Below, in pieces: positions 39,287 to 50,974 of a stretch of 64,000 nucleotides of DNA (positions are counted from its first letter, which is position 1; every line of letters begins with the position of its first letter). The translations under genes were made by a program, and so were the position numbers. This DNA is from Coniocarpon cinnabarinum (Eukaryota). Below the pieces are notes generated by a model, which was not told the origin of the DNA, did no database searches, and saw only the letters and a program-made list of their open reading frames with translations. The DNA lies in the NCBI GenBank assembly GCA_051942205.1, contig JAVECO010000080.1, positions 1-64,000 on the forward strand, in the 5' to 3' direction.

Positions 39287-40030
39287 ATGGCAAAGAGCAG
39301 CTCAAAGCGTAGCCCACCCAAGAGGATGGCAGCTGGCTGGAGAGAATGGAAGCCTCTGGAGCCTTTTTCGCAACAAGAGCAGCAGCAGAATTACGAGCAG
39401 TACAAGAAAACCGTTGCAGCACACGCCGCCGGCGACTGGCAGTCGGGAGACGCGTTGATCCAACCCAGCCAGCCTGTTCAAGTCAACAAGAAGCGCAAGA
39501 GAGGGCCGACCTCTGCTGAGGAGAGTTCCGACTCTTCTCTTGCGTCTTCCAATCGCCCAAAGCGGGTTTGCAGGACACCGTCTCGCTACCGCGGGAGTAA
39601 CGAGAGCAGCAGCAGCGGCAACGAGGGGTCAAAGGCCTCTCCTAAGAAGAAGACCACTGGAGCAGCAATGTCAAGTCCCTCGTCCGCGTCTTCGGCACCA
39701 AAAAAGTCCTCATCTGGCCGGTCGACATCAAGAAAAGCAGTGAAGAGTGGCGCCTTCGCTGCTAAACCCGTGAATCCCTCGCAAGAGCTATTCACGGAGC
39801 AAGAATATGCCTGGATCCACCAGCTGAAGAACGAGCCTGGTGTATCGCGGACCTGGAAAGACGTCGCGCGGTACATGAATGCCATCCAGGGCCACTCTCG
39901 CACATCCGGCGCTTTTCAAGCGTCATACAGCCGGAATGTTGCAACCGCCATTCGCGAGAATGGCGGCGTGGTTCCGCACGTGTATTCGGCCAGGGGTCCG
40001 CATGCACCAGTGCCAACTCTAGCGCTATGA
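39287..40030 (+). CDS. Hypothetical basic/Ser-rich protein with a C-terminal Myb/SANT-like domain
   Basis: First ATG at 39287; NLS-like KKRKR; C-terminal FTEQEYAWIHQLKNEPGVSRTWKDVARYMN...RTSGAFQASYSR has Myb-like aromatic spacing. Confidence 0.65.
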   Translation: MAKSSSKRSPPKRMAAGWREWKPLEPFSQQEQQQNYEQYKKTVAAHAAGDWQSGDALIQPSQPVQVNKKRKRGPTSAEESSDSSLASSNRPKRVCRTPSRYRGSNESSSSGNEGSKASPKKKTTGAAMSSPSSASSAPKKSSSGRSTSRKAVKSGAFAAKPVNPSQELFTEQEYAWIHQLKNEPGVSRTWKDVARYMNAIQGHSRTSGAFQASYSRNVATAIRENGGVVPHVYSARGPHAPVPTLAL

Positions 40031-40289
40031 TGGGAGCGATGCAGCGTCTAGTGATGTGCATTTGATGCAAGAAGTTCATGAAATTCGGAGATGCCATCAA
40101 ACTCAACGTCATGAATCATTCAGGCCGGAACTGTCTGACACTATCGTACATCGTCAGCAATGGATCCTATCGCTAGAGCTACCTGCCGACGTCCAATACT
40201 GCATCCGTTTTTCACGACTCCCGCGACGCCGCCAACTTGGTACAATAATTGACGATGACAACGCACGGGAATTTGCTGTTCGTTTTAAT

Positions 40290-41111
40290 TCACCCATCCA
40301 TCAGCTCCTCTCTGTCTCTGCGCATGCCATCAAGCACAGCTCTCAATCCGCCTTTGCTCAGCCTACTCAGAACCACCTCAAGACCTTGCTTACTCTTGGG
40401 AACAGCCCTCTCAGCACGCCTCACGCCAATGGCCTCAATTGATCGCTGTATGGACGACGTCGACCAGCTTTTGAAGAAACCAACCTTTGCCGGAGCTGCA
40501 TCAGCAACATCCTCCTCTTCCAGCTGCTTCTCCCCATTCACCACACGAGCTTGTCTGAATCGCTCGCGCAGCTGCCCCAGCCGTGAAAGAAGCTCCACTT
40601 TGGTATTAACGCATGTCGTGTCATCCTCAACATCGCTGTCTTGCTGTCTTATAACGCCATGAAAGTCCGGTTGCACAAAATCGAGTCGAGCTTCGGATGC
40701 GCATCGGTTCACAAAGCTCACCACATCAGCACCTGGTCTTCGATAGGTCTGCCTCTCAACCGCTGACAAGATCCCCGTGAGCTCAAGATTGCGGCTTTCA
40801 GTCACCATAACTCCATCTCGGATACTGACGATGCTCCGCTCGAGGATGTAACTTTGACTGGTGCCGCTTCTGCTGGCAGACGGACCCAACCAAGATGCAG
40901 GAACGAGTTTCAGGATCGCAGTAGGAACTTTCGAGCGCTTCAGGTGGAGTCGCGCGGTATACAATGTCTGAGTATCAGCATCGAAGTGGCGATCAATCAC
41001 ATCCGTTGACAAGACGTGAGGAGAGAAGGGATTAGGATAGCGGAGGTAATACGCGAGGGTGACAGTTGGGAACGGATAAGGATGACTGAAGGAGCTTTCA
41101 TAGAACTTCAT
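40290..41111 (-). CDS. UPS1: PRELI/MSF1-family mitochondrial lipid transfer protein (Ups1-like)
   Basis: AYYLRYPNPFSPHVLSTDVIDR, SYILERS, TESRNL, IEAIGV...KSKQGLEVVL. Confidence 0.88.
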   Translation of the reverse strand: MKFYESSFSHPYPFPTVTLAYYLRYPNPFSPHVLSTDVIDRHFDADTQTLYTARLHLKRSKVPTAILKLVPASWLGPSASRSGTSQSYILERSIVSIRDGVMVTESRNLELTGILSAVERQTYRRPGADVVSFVNRCASEARLDFVQPDFHGVIRQQDSDVEDDTTCVNTKVELLSRLGQLRERFRQARVVNGEKQLEEEDVADAAPAKVGFFKSWSTSSIQRSIEAIGVRRAERAVPKSKQGLEVVLSRLSKGGLRAVLDGMRRDREELMDG

Positions 41112-41522
41112 CCTTCGAGTTTATTGAATGAACGAACAGTCATGATTGAATTGGTGGTTCGCTGTATTTCACGAGCTTGTCGACGTCGTAGCTGGCACAC
41201 TTCTCGCCGTATTCAGTGCCCAAGGGATGCGGCGCATTAAGTGGCGTTCACCTGTTCATAGATATTCCTCCTTAGGCAAAATGAAGTATGTCTTGCGCAC
41301 GAACTGCCTCAGCATTGAGGCAACAAGATCTGTTTAGCGTCTTACTCGGCGTGATTCAATCTGCTTCGTCCCGCAGCATCCGCCGTCTTTCTGCCAACCG
41401 CCTACCACTTCGCTCGTTACCACCACCTCATCCCACAATTAAAACCTCCGGAAAGCTGTAGATAAGTCTGCACTCCAGGTTGAAGCCCTGCACGAGCATA
41501 TCGGCCTCATTGCTTGCCCGCA

Positions 41523-43007
41523 ATGGCTTCCGAAACCATCCATGAGCCCGAGGGCACCACATCTGACCAAGTTGTGACTCCATTCAAAGTCTCAGGAAAG
41601 CAAGATTACACTCGCTTGATCAAAGAGTTTGGTACAAAAGCTATTGACAAAGCTCTCCTCGAAAGATTCGAGCGCGCGACTGGCGTCAAACCACATCCGC
41701 TCCTCCGGCGTGGATTGTTCTTCTCGCACCGAGACTTTGATCGCATACTGAGTTACTATGAAAAGGGGGAGCCCTTTTTCCTATATACCGGTCGAGGCCC
41801 TAGCACAGGCTCAATGCACCTTGGTCACACTGTGCCCTTCGACTTTACCAAGTTTCTGCAGGATGCCTTCGATGTACCTCTTGTGATAATGTTGACGGAT
41901 GATGAGAAATTCTTGTACAGGTCAAATTTGAAGCTCGAAGACACAATCGAAATGGCCCATGAGAACGCAAAAGATATAATGGCCTTCGGCTTTGATCCGA
42001 AGAAAACATTCATCTTCTCGGATTTTGAGTACATGTCTGGCCATTTTTATCAGAACGCTGTTGAGTTCGCACGACTGGTGCCTTTCAACCAAGTGCGTGG
42101 CACATTTGGCTTTGATAATTCTACAAATATTGGCTTCATCAATTTCCCGGCTGTCCAGAATGCCGCAGCGTTTGCGAGTAGCTATCCGATGCTTTTTGGT
42201 GATGACGCAAAACCAAGGAATCCTCGCAATCCCAGAACATCCAAGATTCCGTGTCTGATCCCCTGCGCCATCGATCAAGACCCGTACTTCAGACTCTTGC
42301 GAGACAACGCTCACAGAATGTCCCAGCCAGCGCCAAAACCCGCTCTAATACACGCGAAGTTCGTGACAGCCTTACGAGGACCTGAAGGCAAGATGTCCGC
42401 GAGCGACGCGACAAGCGCGATCTTCATGACCGACACTCCGAAACAGATCAAGGACAAAATCAACAAATATGCTTTTTCGGGAGGTCGTGAAACGCTGGAG
42501 GAGCATCGAGAAAAGGGAGGAGATCCTGACATCGATGTGGCGTACAATTACCTTTCGTATTTCCTCGAAGACGACGCCGAGCTGGCCAAACTTGCCGCAG
42601 ATTACCGAAAAGGCGATCTTTTGACCGGCGAGCTCAAGAAGAAGTGTATCTCAGTGCTCACCGACTATGTCACTTCTTTCCAAGGCCGCCGAGCAGCAGT
42701 AACTGACCAGACGAGCGAGCTTTACATGGCTCCGCGGAAGATGGAATTTGGCGGCAACCCCAACCCTGGCTACTCGCATCCCCTGAGTAGTGAAATAGGG
42801 CAACCCAATGGCGCGCAAGCCAAAGATGATGATAGCGAAGGGGCAGAGGCACAAGATGAAGCGACCAATCTGAAGCCGACAAGACCAGGGCTTGGGCGAA
42901 AAACAACGTATGGAATTCGAGGTCTGAGTAGTTATGGAGGGGCTGTTACTGAAATGTTGTATCCAACAAAGTCTCGCGAGCCTGACGCTGGCAAAGCTGA
43001 ACAATGA
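41523..43007 (+). CDS. WRS1: Tryptophanyl-tRNA synthetase, cytoplasmic type
   Basis: LYTGRGPSTGSMHLGH (HIGH motif), TDDEKFL, CLIPCAIDQDPYFR, KMSAS, KINKYAFSGG; intronless. Confidence 0.96.
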   Translation: MASETIHEPEGTTSDQVVTPFKVSGKQDYTRLIKEFGTKAIDKALLERFERATGVKPHPLLRRGLFFSHRDFDRILSYYEKGEPFFLYTGRGPSTGSMHLGHTVPFDFTKFLQDAFDVPLVIMLTDDEKFLYRSNLKLEDTIEMAHENAKDIMAFGFDPKKTFIFSDFEYMSGHFYQNAVEFARLVPFNQVRGTFGFDNSTNIGFINFPAVQNAAAFASSYPMLFGDDAKPRNPRNPRTSKIPCLIPCAIDQDPYFRLLRDNAHRMSQPAPKPALIHAKFVTALRGPEGKMSASDATSAIFMTDTPKQIKDKINKYAFSGGRETLEEHREKGGDPDIDVAYNYLSYFLEDDAELAKLAADYRKGDLLTGELKKKCISVLTDYVTSFQGRRAAVTDQTSELYMAPRKMEFGGNPNPGYSHPLSSEIGQPNGAQAKDDDSEGAEAQDEATNLKPTRPGLGRKTTYGIRGLSSYGGAVTEMLYPTKSREPDAGKAEQ

Positions 43008-43402
43008 AAGACACACTGGTCTTCTGTAGATACCCAAATTAACTCAATCAAGGACACGGTCGCATGACTGTTGTTTTCATAGTGCCACCGAAGCCAAAAC
43101 TATCTAACCTGTTTACGCCGCCGCAAGGACTTCGTTGCGGTGTGTTCGACCGGACTTCAAGTCAACGACGATTTGTCTTACCCTCCCCAATGGAATTAAC
43201 CCGAACCCTAATCTGCATAGGCAGCCAGCTGTCGCGCGTCCTCTTAGTAACAAGTTGTGCAAGTTAATACCTGCTGAACCTATCTACATATTCGTGCAAT
43301 TAGCCCCAAATTCCCTCGATCTGAAGCTCGAGACTTTACGGAAGCACATCTTCTGAGAGATTTCTGTAAACAGAAGCCTGTCCTGTAGCGGGACTTTCTA
43401 CG

Positions 43403-44391
43403 ATGTCGGGTCAGTTCTCATACCTTGGTGGTCTACTGTGTCTCAATCTAATGGGTTTCTCTTGAGCAGGCAGTGCAGGCTACGACCGTCACATCACCAT
43501 CTTCTCCGATCAAGGACGACTCTACCAAGTTGGTACGCAGTGGACTTTCAAACGGATGGAGAAACCCAAGCAGCTGACAACGGTGGCAGAATATGCATTC
43601 AAGGCGATTACAGCTGCCAACATCCTATCTGTGGGCGTGCGTGGCAAAGACTGCGCTGTAGTCTTATCACAGAAGAAAGTGCCAGTACGCACGATTGCCA
43701 TCAGGTTCAGGCGCCAGCCAAAGCTGACAACATCGCAAGGACAAATTGATCGATCCTGCATCCGTGTCATATATCTTTAAGCTCTCACAATCAGTCGGGT
43801 GTGTCATGACTGGATCAATAGCAGACGCACGAAATGCGGTGAGCAGAGCGCGTCAAGAGTCGGGAGAGTTCCGCTACAAATACGGCTATGAGATGCCATG
43901 CGACGTCCTGGCCAAGCGGCTAGCGAATATCAATCAAGTATACACTCAGAGAGTAGGTCGACGTGTATGGTGGGATAATTTGTAATGTTGCTGACCGGTG
44001 GCACTCGCAGGCACACATGCGACCTCTTGGCGTGGCAAATACGCTGATATCAGTGGATGATGAATTTGGCCCACAACTATACAAGTGCGATCCCGCTGGA
44101 TACTATGCTGGATACAAGGCAACTGCGACAGGACCCAAAGCTCAGGAGGCGACGAACTTTTTGGAGAAGAAGCTGAAAGACAAGACATGCGCAGAAGGTA
44201 CTTGGGAAGACGTTGTCGAGCTGGGCATTACAGCCATGAGCAGCGTGCTGGCCGTGGATTTCAAAAAGACGGAGCTGGAAATCGGCATCGTGGGAGCCCC
44301 TGATCAGAGTGGCGAGCCGACTTCGGCGTTTCGAACTTTGAGCGAAGAAGAGATCGATGAAAGATTACAAAGTATAGCCGACAAGGATTAG
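43403..44391 (+). CDS. SCL1: 20S proteasome subunit alpha-1 (PSMA6 ortholog)
   Basis: Multi-exon gene; splices to [30 protein letters not shown]...[35 protein letters not shown]...[17 protein letters not shown]. Confidence 0.95.
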
Positions 44392-45373
44392 AAGAAGGCG
44401 TCGAGAGGAAGAATTGCCCGACGGGATCTCACGAACAGACGAGCTCAGCTTAATCATCGCCCTGTTTGAACGCATCGCACTGAACCGGTCCGCCAGCTTG
44501 GACCGATGTGCACAATGTATTATAGAGCGCCCAAGATTTGCAAAAGGCCCATGTCCACCGCCACGTGGTATTCAGCAGGGGTAAAATAGATGTTGAAGCA
44601 CTAAGCTGATGTTGAAGATGCAGGTGAGCGCGAGCACAGTCTGATTCGTCAAATGGGGTGTGTGGCGCATTATCGGCACAGCCGCACGAGCCGTTGAAAC
44701 TAAAATACGCACCACTCGTACATCTCTCGTCGCACGGCGTGCTGCCATTGAGAGTCCCATCCGTCGCTTTGTTGTGGGGTACTTCGAGCCTCGTCAGCTT
44801 CGACGCACACATGAGATTGACAGAGGCATCGCCCTTAGCCGAGGGTCTCGAGTGGCGTCACAGACCGCTCCTCTTCTGACCTCCTCGACGCTGCATGAGC
44901 CGGTGCCTGGCGCACATCCAATGATGCATGACTGCATGGCCTTCTCAATCGGAGTCGAGGATTTTTCAAATCTTCCGACGACACTGCTGCTGCGTCTCGT
45001 CGGCTGAGATTTTTCAATGGGTCTCGGTGGCGACGACGGCAGAGTACCGTCTGCCATCGACCCATTTCGAACCCAAGCAAAATGTGCCAATTACACCCCG
45101 AGCGGTGTACTGATGTTCGTGGAGATGTGAAGTAGACGCTCAAATACCCATCTGAAAGTTGCATCTGGTTCGACTGCACCACCCTCAGCTCTTCCGACGC
45201 GTCCTTCTGCTGTTTGATCGTCCGCTTCCCCTCTCGCTGATTCCTGGGAAGATTAAAAGGGCCAAAGAATATCCTGAGTAGTCATGCCTTGCTTCACGCA
45301 GCAGCAGTGCGTTGCAGGAGCTTCTAACATCAGCGGCAAGCGACGAGGGGGTGGTGTAATTCTCCAATCACCC

Positions 45374-46187
45374 ATGGCAGATGGATGTAAGCCTACAGTG
45401 TCTGCTTCTCTGATCCATGCCACATTCACGAAGCAGAGAAGTCATTAGTGGAAAATGTCTGACCCAAGAACCTGTTAGTCAACGAAGTACGGGCGATACG
45501 CCTTACGGAGCTGATTCAAGACTTTCGTACGCTGCAGCATGAAATCTCCGACATCACGTCAATGCCACCTGACGTCAACGAGGAGGGCGCTGGCCATGAA
45601 TTGCTCCTTCAATGCCGGATGGAAGGTCATGCGCTGCTCCAGCAGCCCTTTCAAGAAGTTCCCCTACCCACAAACAACGATCCAGAGGAGGAGAAGCGAC
45701 ACCTACAATTGTGCGTACATACAACTACCCCACAACTTTCTCGGTGGGCTGCAATGACTGACACAGTCCATGTTTCAGTGTCGTGCTTGATGCGGCAGCA
45801 CGGCGCTTCCGAGCTCAACAGATCCTTCTGCGCGCTGAGGCTGCCAGACGATGGATCAGCTCCCGTGATGCCGTTCTGAATCAACAGCAACAAGGTCCTG
45901 CATCACCGTCTCAAATGGAGCAGGTCGACAATGCTCTTTCGAATGTGAGTCAAAGTCCACGAGTGAATCGAGTGCGACGTTCTCGCCGTACGGCATCATG
46001 AACAGCGGTAGCCGCCCATCTGAATTGGACCAATTTGCTGATCCAACCTATCTAGGAACTTGCGAACATTACTCACGAAAGCATCTTAACTCAGCTCCGT
46101 ACAGCCGACTTAACCAGCCATCGGTGGGTCGAGGAAGATCCTTCGGTGGTCGATATCGAAGGGTGGCTATCGAGATCGCACACATAA
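45374..46187 (+). CDS. Four-exon uncharacterised fungal protein, 180 aa
   Basis: Exons 45374-45386, 45479-45710, 45779-45944 and 46056-46187 (543 nt, open). All introns are GT-AG with branch sites. Product: MADGFNEVRAIRLTELIQDFRTLQHEIS...VVLDAAARRFRAQQILLRAEAARRW...WVEEDPSVVDIEGWLSRSHT. Confidence 0.85.
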
Positions 46188-47554
46188 ACGGGTAGGACGG
46201 AAAATGAAAGGCGTTTACAGGAAGCATCAAACACAAGCTTTGGGTTGCCAGCATGATCACAAGCTTCATTTGCGATACCCAAGTTTTTCATGAACAAGTC
46301 TGGACGGTCTTTTGGAGAGGGCATTGATTCTAATTCTGTACGATAGACGCTGGCGACTTCGCATTGTGGGAAGCCAAAAGTTGGCATATTGGGTGGAGAC
46401 GCATCGCTGGACGATGTATGACCTGGGCAGATAACCTGGGCGGCGCTCCAACAATGTAACTGTGGACAGGCAACGACCCTCACGCGACCTTGTCTCATTT
46501 GTTGTGTGTAGGACCCACTCTGTGCACCCAGAGGCTCTCCGTTTGCCCATAGCAGCAGGCCACACCTTGCCCGAATCGCGACCACACTCCGGGCGTCTCT
46601 CTCGCGGTACGTACCAGCGCGAGGACGGAAGAGCAGCCGTTATTGACCGCGCAAGCTGCATGGCGCCCTCTTGGCTGGGTGCAGAGCTGTCATCGAAGGG
46701 TAGCTTTGCAGGGCCCGCTTGGCTGCACGAGGACGCGCCAGCCAGTCGTCGTGTCTTGGACCAACGCACGCAGACGCTGGCTCCATCGAGGGGGAGTCCT
46801 CCGGTGGTGTGGGCGGCGTGGGAGGGAATGCGGGGGCTGATCACACTGCATGAACGCTCGAAGCGCCCGCGCGAAGACCTTGCTGTCGTGGGCAGGTCCA
46901 ATGGCGGATGGAGGAAGTCAAGGACGCGCCCAGGCTAGGCCCAAAGAAGTCAAGCTCGATATCACCCCACATCCCAGACATTTGCCTTCCCTCCACCCCC
47001 ATTGGCACTTCACCTGCACCCTCATCTCACTCTCGCGCCAGGCCCGCCCCGCCGCCAGCCTGGTGCCTGTTCGGAGGGATCGCCTGTCAATGAATCAAGC
47101 TCCCTGCTTCTTTTTCTGTCCGCTGGTGGATCCCCGTTTGGGTCTGACTCGGGCTTGTCGCTGCTGCTATTTTCGTGCTCGCGAAATTGAAGAGGCAAGT
47201 AATTCAGTTATAAGAGAAGGCAGGATGGCACGCTGCCAGAGTGCTTTTTTTCCTGCATCAACAGCACAAGTTCAAGATACAAACACGAGGTCTGACCTGT
47301 CTGTCTTATCGTTCCTCCCTTGTCCTCTCCCGTCTCCTTAACACTATCAGGGCCCTTATTCGCTTAAGGTAGCCTGCCTCTGTCTCCTCCCGTGTTTCAC
47401 AACACGAGCACAGCACACGCCGGCCGTGCACTCCCACTGCCCGCATCCCTCAAGAAGCCCAACAGAGCCCCAATTGAGAGGCTCAATCCTCCGAATTACT
47501 TGAAACATCTCTTCTTGGACGTCCCCACCAAGACTCGATACCCACTCAATCACC

Positions 47555-48268
47555 ATGGCACGCTTCTTCAGCCTCCTCGCAAGCTTCATACTTCTCTTCA
47601 TGACCGTCTCTGCCCGGCCGATCCCCGACCTCGGCAGCGACATCATGCGACGTCTTGCTGCCATCATTCGCGGCGCGCAAGCCAACACAGTCCCGCCAGT
47701 GTCCACCCTTCCAGCACCAGACTCGACCCTCGCTCTCAAGTACATCGCGATGGGCTTGGGCACACAAAACTACACCTGCGCAACTTCAGACGAGTCATCA
47801 TCTCCCAAGGCTGTCGGCGCCCGCGCCAATCTCTACGACGCCACGAGCATCATGGTCGCCGCGGGCAACTCCCGCCTCGGCACCGACAACACGATCATGT
47901 CATCCGGCACGTGTGCCGCCGACAGCAACAACAGCGCGGGTGACCTTTCATTGATAGGCGAGCACTATTTCGACTCCGACAGCGTGCCCACCTTTGACCT
48001 TGCAACGGAGAAGATGCTCCTGAAATCACAAAAGATGAACGCCACACCCGCGCCTGAGCATGCCTGCATGGGTCGCGACAAGTCACCAGCGGTGCCATGG
48101 CTCATGCTGCAGGCTGATAATACGGGGAGGAGTGTGGGACTCAGTCAGGTGTTTCGTGTGGAGACAGCGGGCGGCAATGCGACGACGTGTGTGGGCATGC
48201 CGGCAGGGCCGCAGGGCTTTCAACTGGACTACGCGGCGCTGTACTACTTGTATGGCCCATCTTCATAA
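47555..48268 (+). CDS. Secreted DUF3455-like protein
   Basis: Signal peptide MARFFSLLASFILLFMTVSA; family-like motifs GLGTQNYTC, AVGARANLYD, GEHYF, AVPWL, RVETAGG, YAALYYLYG. Confidence 0.88.
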   Translation: MARFFSLLASFILLFMTVSARPIPDLGSDIMRRLAAIIRGAQANTVPPVSTLPAPDSTLALKYIAMGLGTQNYTCATSDESSSPKAVGARANLYDATSIMVAAGNSRLGTDNTIMSSGTCAADSNNSAGDLSLIGEHYFDSDSVPTFDLATEKMLLKSQKMNATPAPEHACMGRDKSPAVPWLMLQADNTGRSVGLSQVFRVETAGGNATTCVGMPAGPQGFQLDYAALYYLYGPSS

Positions 48269-48628
48269 CATCAATCATAAAATAGAAATGATTCATAGAT
48301 TCAATGACCAAAAAAAGTTGAAATGATCAAACTTGCTGTTCCTGTCTTTACTGTTGAGTCTTGACCACACTTCTATCCCTTTCAATAGCTTTTCCGTCAT
48401 TGTGCCTAATCATCACCGGTGAACAACGACATGACTCTGGCATTCGCTGGCTACAGAGAGCGTTCCCTTCAAAAACTTCCCTGAAACAACAAGCCAATGG
48501 CTTGAATGCCTTAGAGTTGAGGCAAAACTATGTCGATTCACTATCAAGTCCATTTTTCTCGAAGAATGAAACCAATAGAGCCAGGCAGTCGTGAATAGCA
48601 ACTACGCTAGCAGAAAGAGTCCTAAAGG

Positions 48629-50209
48629 ATGAGTTTCGTCCCAGCATGGCGCCGTCTTGGATTGAAGCTGAAAAGCGAATCAGCCGATGATGCAGCCGCT
48701 CACCACGTGAATGGGATCGGATCGAGTGATCATCTCAGAAATGGCAATGGTAAGCGAAAGTCGATTGCAGCATCGCGGGATGACGAGAAGAAGTCGAGTG
48801 GCTCCTTGCATGAGGAGCAAGCCAAGCGAAGGAAATTGAATGGGAGTGAAGCTCGGCCAAAAGTTTCGAAGAGGGTTTCGTTTGCTGATGAGTCGTTGAC
48901 TCCGCTTACAAACGGGTCAGCATCGAATCAGTCGGGCACTCGCGCCGGACCGCGAGATTCAAGTTCAAAGCCTCTGCCTTCAGCTTTGCGCACATCGAGT
49001 GGGAATCTGTCCAAAGACCGCACGGACACTTCGTCCACCAAAACTTCATCCAAACCGACCAAATCAAAGCAGCGCAAGCCCGCCACCCCAAAATCCAAAC
49101 CGACGAAACATCAATCCGATCCGTCAAGTTCCGCAATCCCAGGCTATCTCACCTACCTCACCACCTTCGCAACAGATCGCGAAAACTGGAAATTCAGCAA
49201 GTCCAAACAGACTCATCTCCTGAAACACGTCTTTGATCTTGACGCTATTTCCAGCGAGCACGACGCCGCGCTCGTTGATTACGTCGCTGGGTTGCAGGGC
49301 GACAACGTGCGTGAGCGAGTACGTACCGAAGCGGAGGGTATTCTTTCCGAACCTTTGTTGGATTCCAGTGAGGACCCAAACGGAGAGGCGCAGAATCTAG
49401 AGGCACCTGCCTCACTTGTTGACGCCTTCAAGGCTACCGCCTTGTCCGCCGCTGATCTCGACTCAGATGACCAGGACGACTTGATTGACGAGGGAAACGA
49501 CAAAGCCCGCAATACGACAGACAAAATGGACGACCGCACCCTCCGCCGCGCCGCCAAATCCACAGCCGCCGCCTCCGATCTCGAAAGGCTCAAGGAAATG
49601 TTGAAATCAACGCACGCAACGCGCGAAGCACGATCGCATGCGGCTAGGTATCCTCGTAAACTGGAGAAACGGCGGAGAGCGGAAGCCGTTATCATGGCGC
49701 TAAGGTTTATGGATCCGCGACGGGAGTCCCAGCGTTCAAGAGATGGGGTTGTGAATGAGGCTGTAGAGCGGGCGGGGAAGATGGAAGGGGAGAATGAGGG
49801 TGGTGGTGTATCGTTGGCGGATGAAGATGGGAAGAAGAAGGCGGATGGGCAAGAAATGGGTGGAATTGGGAAGGGTGGTGCAGCGCAGAAGGGGAGAACG
49901 AGAGGTACAAGAGGGCGGAAACGTCGAACATTATTGACAGGCGTCCCAGACGACGATGAGCTGTCTAGCAGCTCCAGCTCCAGCTCCAGCTCCAGCTCGG
50001 GTGCAAGTTCGGACTCGGAGCAGAGTTCGAGCTCCGCGAGTGACGATGACGAAGGTGAGGATGAGGACGGCAATGATAAGCAGAACGGCGTTGGTACAGG
50101 TGGAAAGGTAAGTGGCGATATGAGGAGAAAGATGAGTCCCCGGTCGAAGAATAGAATGGATGAGAATGCATTGTTGCCGGGTGTGAGGGAGGCAGCGCGG
50201 GGCCCCTGA
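48629..50209 (+). CDS. WKF-domain (DUF2373-like) protein
   Basis: N-terminal VPAWRRLGLKLK; YLTTF...WKFSKSKQTHLLKHVF...YVAGLQG; Lys/Ser-rich flanks and an acidic poly-Ser tail. Confidence 0.85.
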   Translation: MSFVPAWRRLGLKLKSESADDAAAHHVNGIGSSDHLRNGNGKRKSIAASRDDEKKSSGSLHEEQAKRRKLNGSEARPKVSKRVSFADESLTPLTNGSASNQSGTRAGPRDSSSKPLPSALRTSSGNLSKDRTDTSSTKTSSKPTKSKQRKPATPKSKPTKHQSDPSSSAIPGYLTYLTTFATDRENWKFSKSKQTHLLKHVFDLDAISSEHDAALVDYVAGLQGDNVRERVRTEAEGILSEPLLDSSEDPNGEAQNLEAPASLVDAFKATALSAADLDSDDQDDLIDEGNDKARNTTDKMDDRTLRRAAKSTAAASDLERLKEMLKSTHATREARSHAARYPRKLEKRRRAEAVIMALRFMDPRRESQRSRDGVVNEAVERAGKMEGENEGGGVSLADEDGKKKADGQEMGGIGKGGAAQKGRTRGTRGRKRRTLLTGVPDDDELSSSSSSSSSSSSGASSDSEQSSSSASDDDEGEDEDGNDKQNGVGTGGKVSGDMRRKMSPRSKNRMDENALLPGVREAARGP

Positions 50210-50974
50210 GGGAAGCTGCAAAAGTGTCGTAAACAGGGGCGGCGAAAGAGCTCAAGACATGTTTGGAGGCCGAAGGAGCGCGGTGAAAGTGCGAGAGAAG
50301 CGGTTTGGATCTAGCGTCTGATCTGTCATTGAGAATCTCGCACCTTTGAGCAAGCCGTCATGTGGGCATTTCATTGCCAGGTGTTGTCTTCATGCCCGTT
50401 TAGAGACTAACAGCCTCCACCTCGTTTTCACCTCACCAGATATGTCAGTTCACACATTCATGCCTTGTGACGCTCCATGTGGCCAAGCTCGCCATGAGAT
50501 CACTTGCCATGAGATAAGCTTGACCTTCAAGAGCTACGCTTACCTATGAAAAGCGCTTAAGGAATCCTCACGAAGGACACATCCCTTTGCGAGACATTGA
50601 GCCCGTTCAAAGTGGCGACCGAGCATCTTCGACTTATATCATGAGCATGAGTCGTGGCATAGAAGCTCATCTGAAGATGTGTCACAATAGTTAAGCGCAA
50701 AGAACATCGCATAGCAGGCGCCTAATCTGCCCCCTCGAACTTTGTACAGAAAAACAGATACGTTCCATGGTTTCTGTGCAGCTTTGTCAAAAGCCATTGG
50801 GCCCTCTTTGATTATGTTAGTTGTACAGAGTAACTCTCGTGATTCGGCGTCAGCTCTGTAGTCAGGCCTGCACTGCCCTTTTGCATGCTATTCATCTCAT
50901 CGGGCCTGTAATATCTCAATCATCTCCAGGGTGCCCTCATTCTTGGTACTTCGTTTTTTGGTACACGAAGCATA

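Noticed and set aside
44450..45182. Cys-rich minus-strand ORFs between SCL1 and the 180-aa gene
   Set aside because: No signal peptide, domain or convincing splice model was found; they are probably spurious.
49279..50073. Long antisense ORF (similar ones at 61957-62715, 1648-2358 and 35398-36060)
   Set aside because: These are shadow ORFs opposite well-supported genes.
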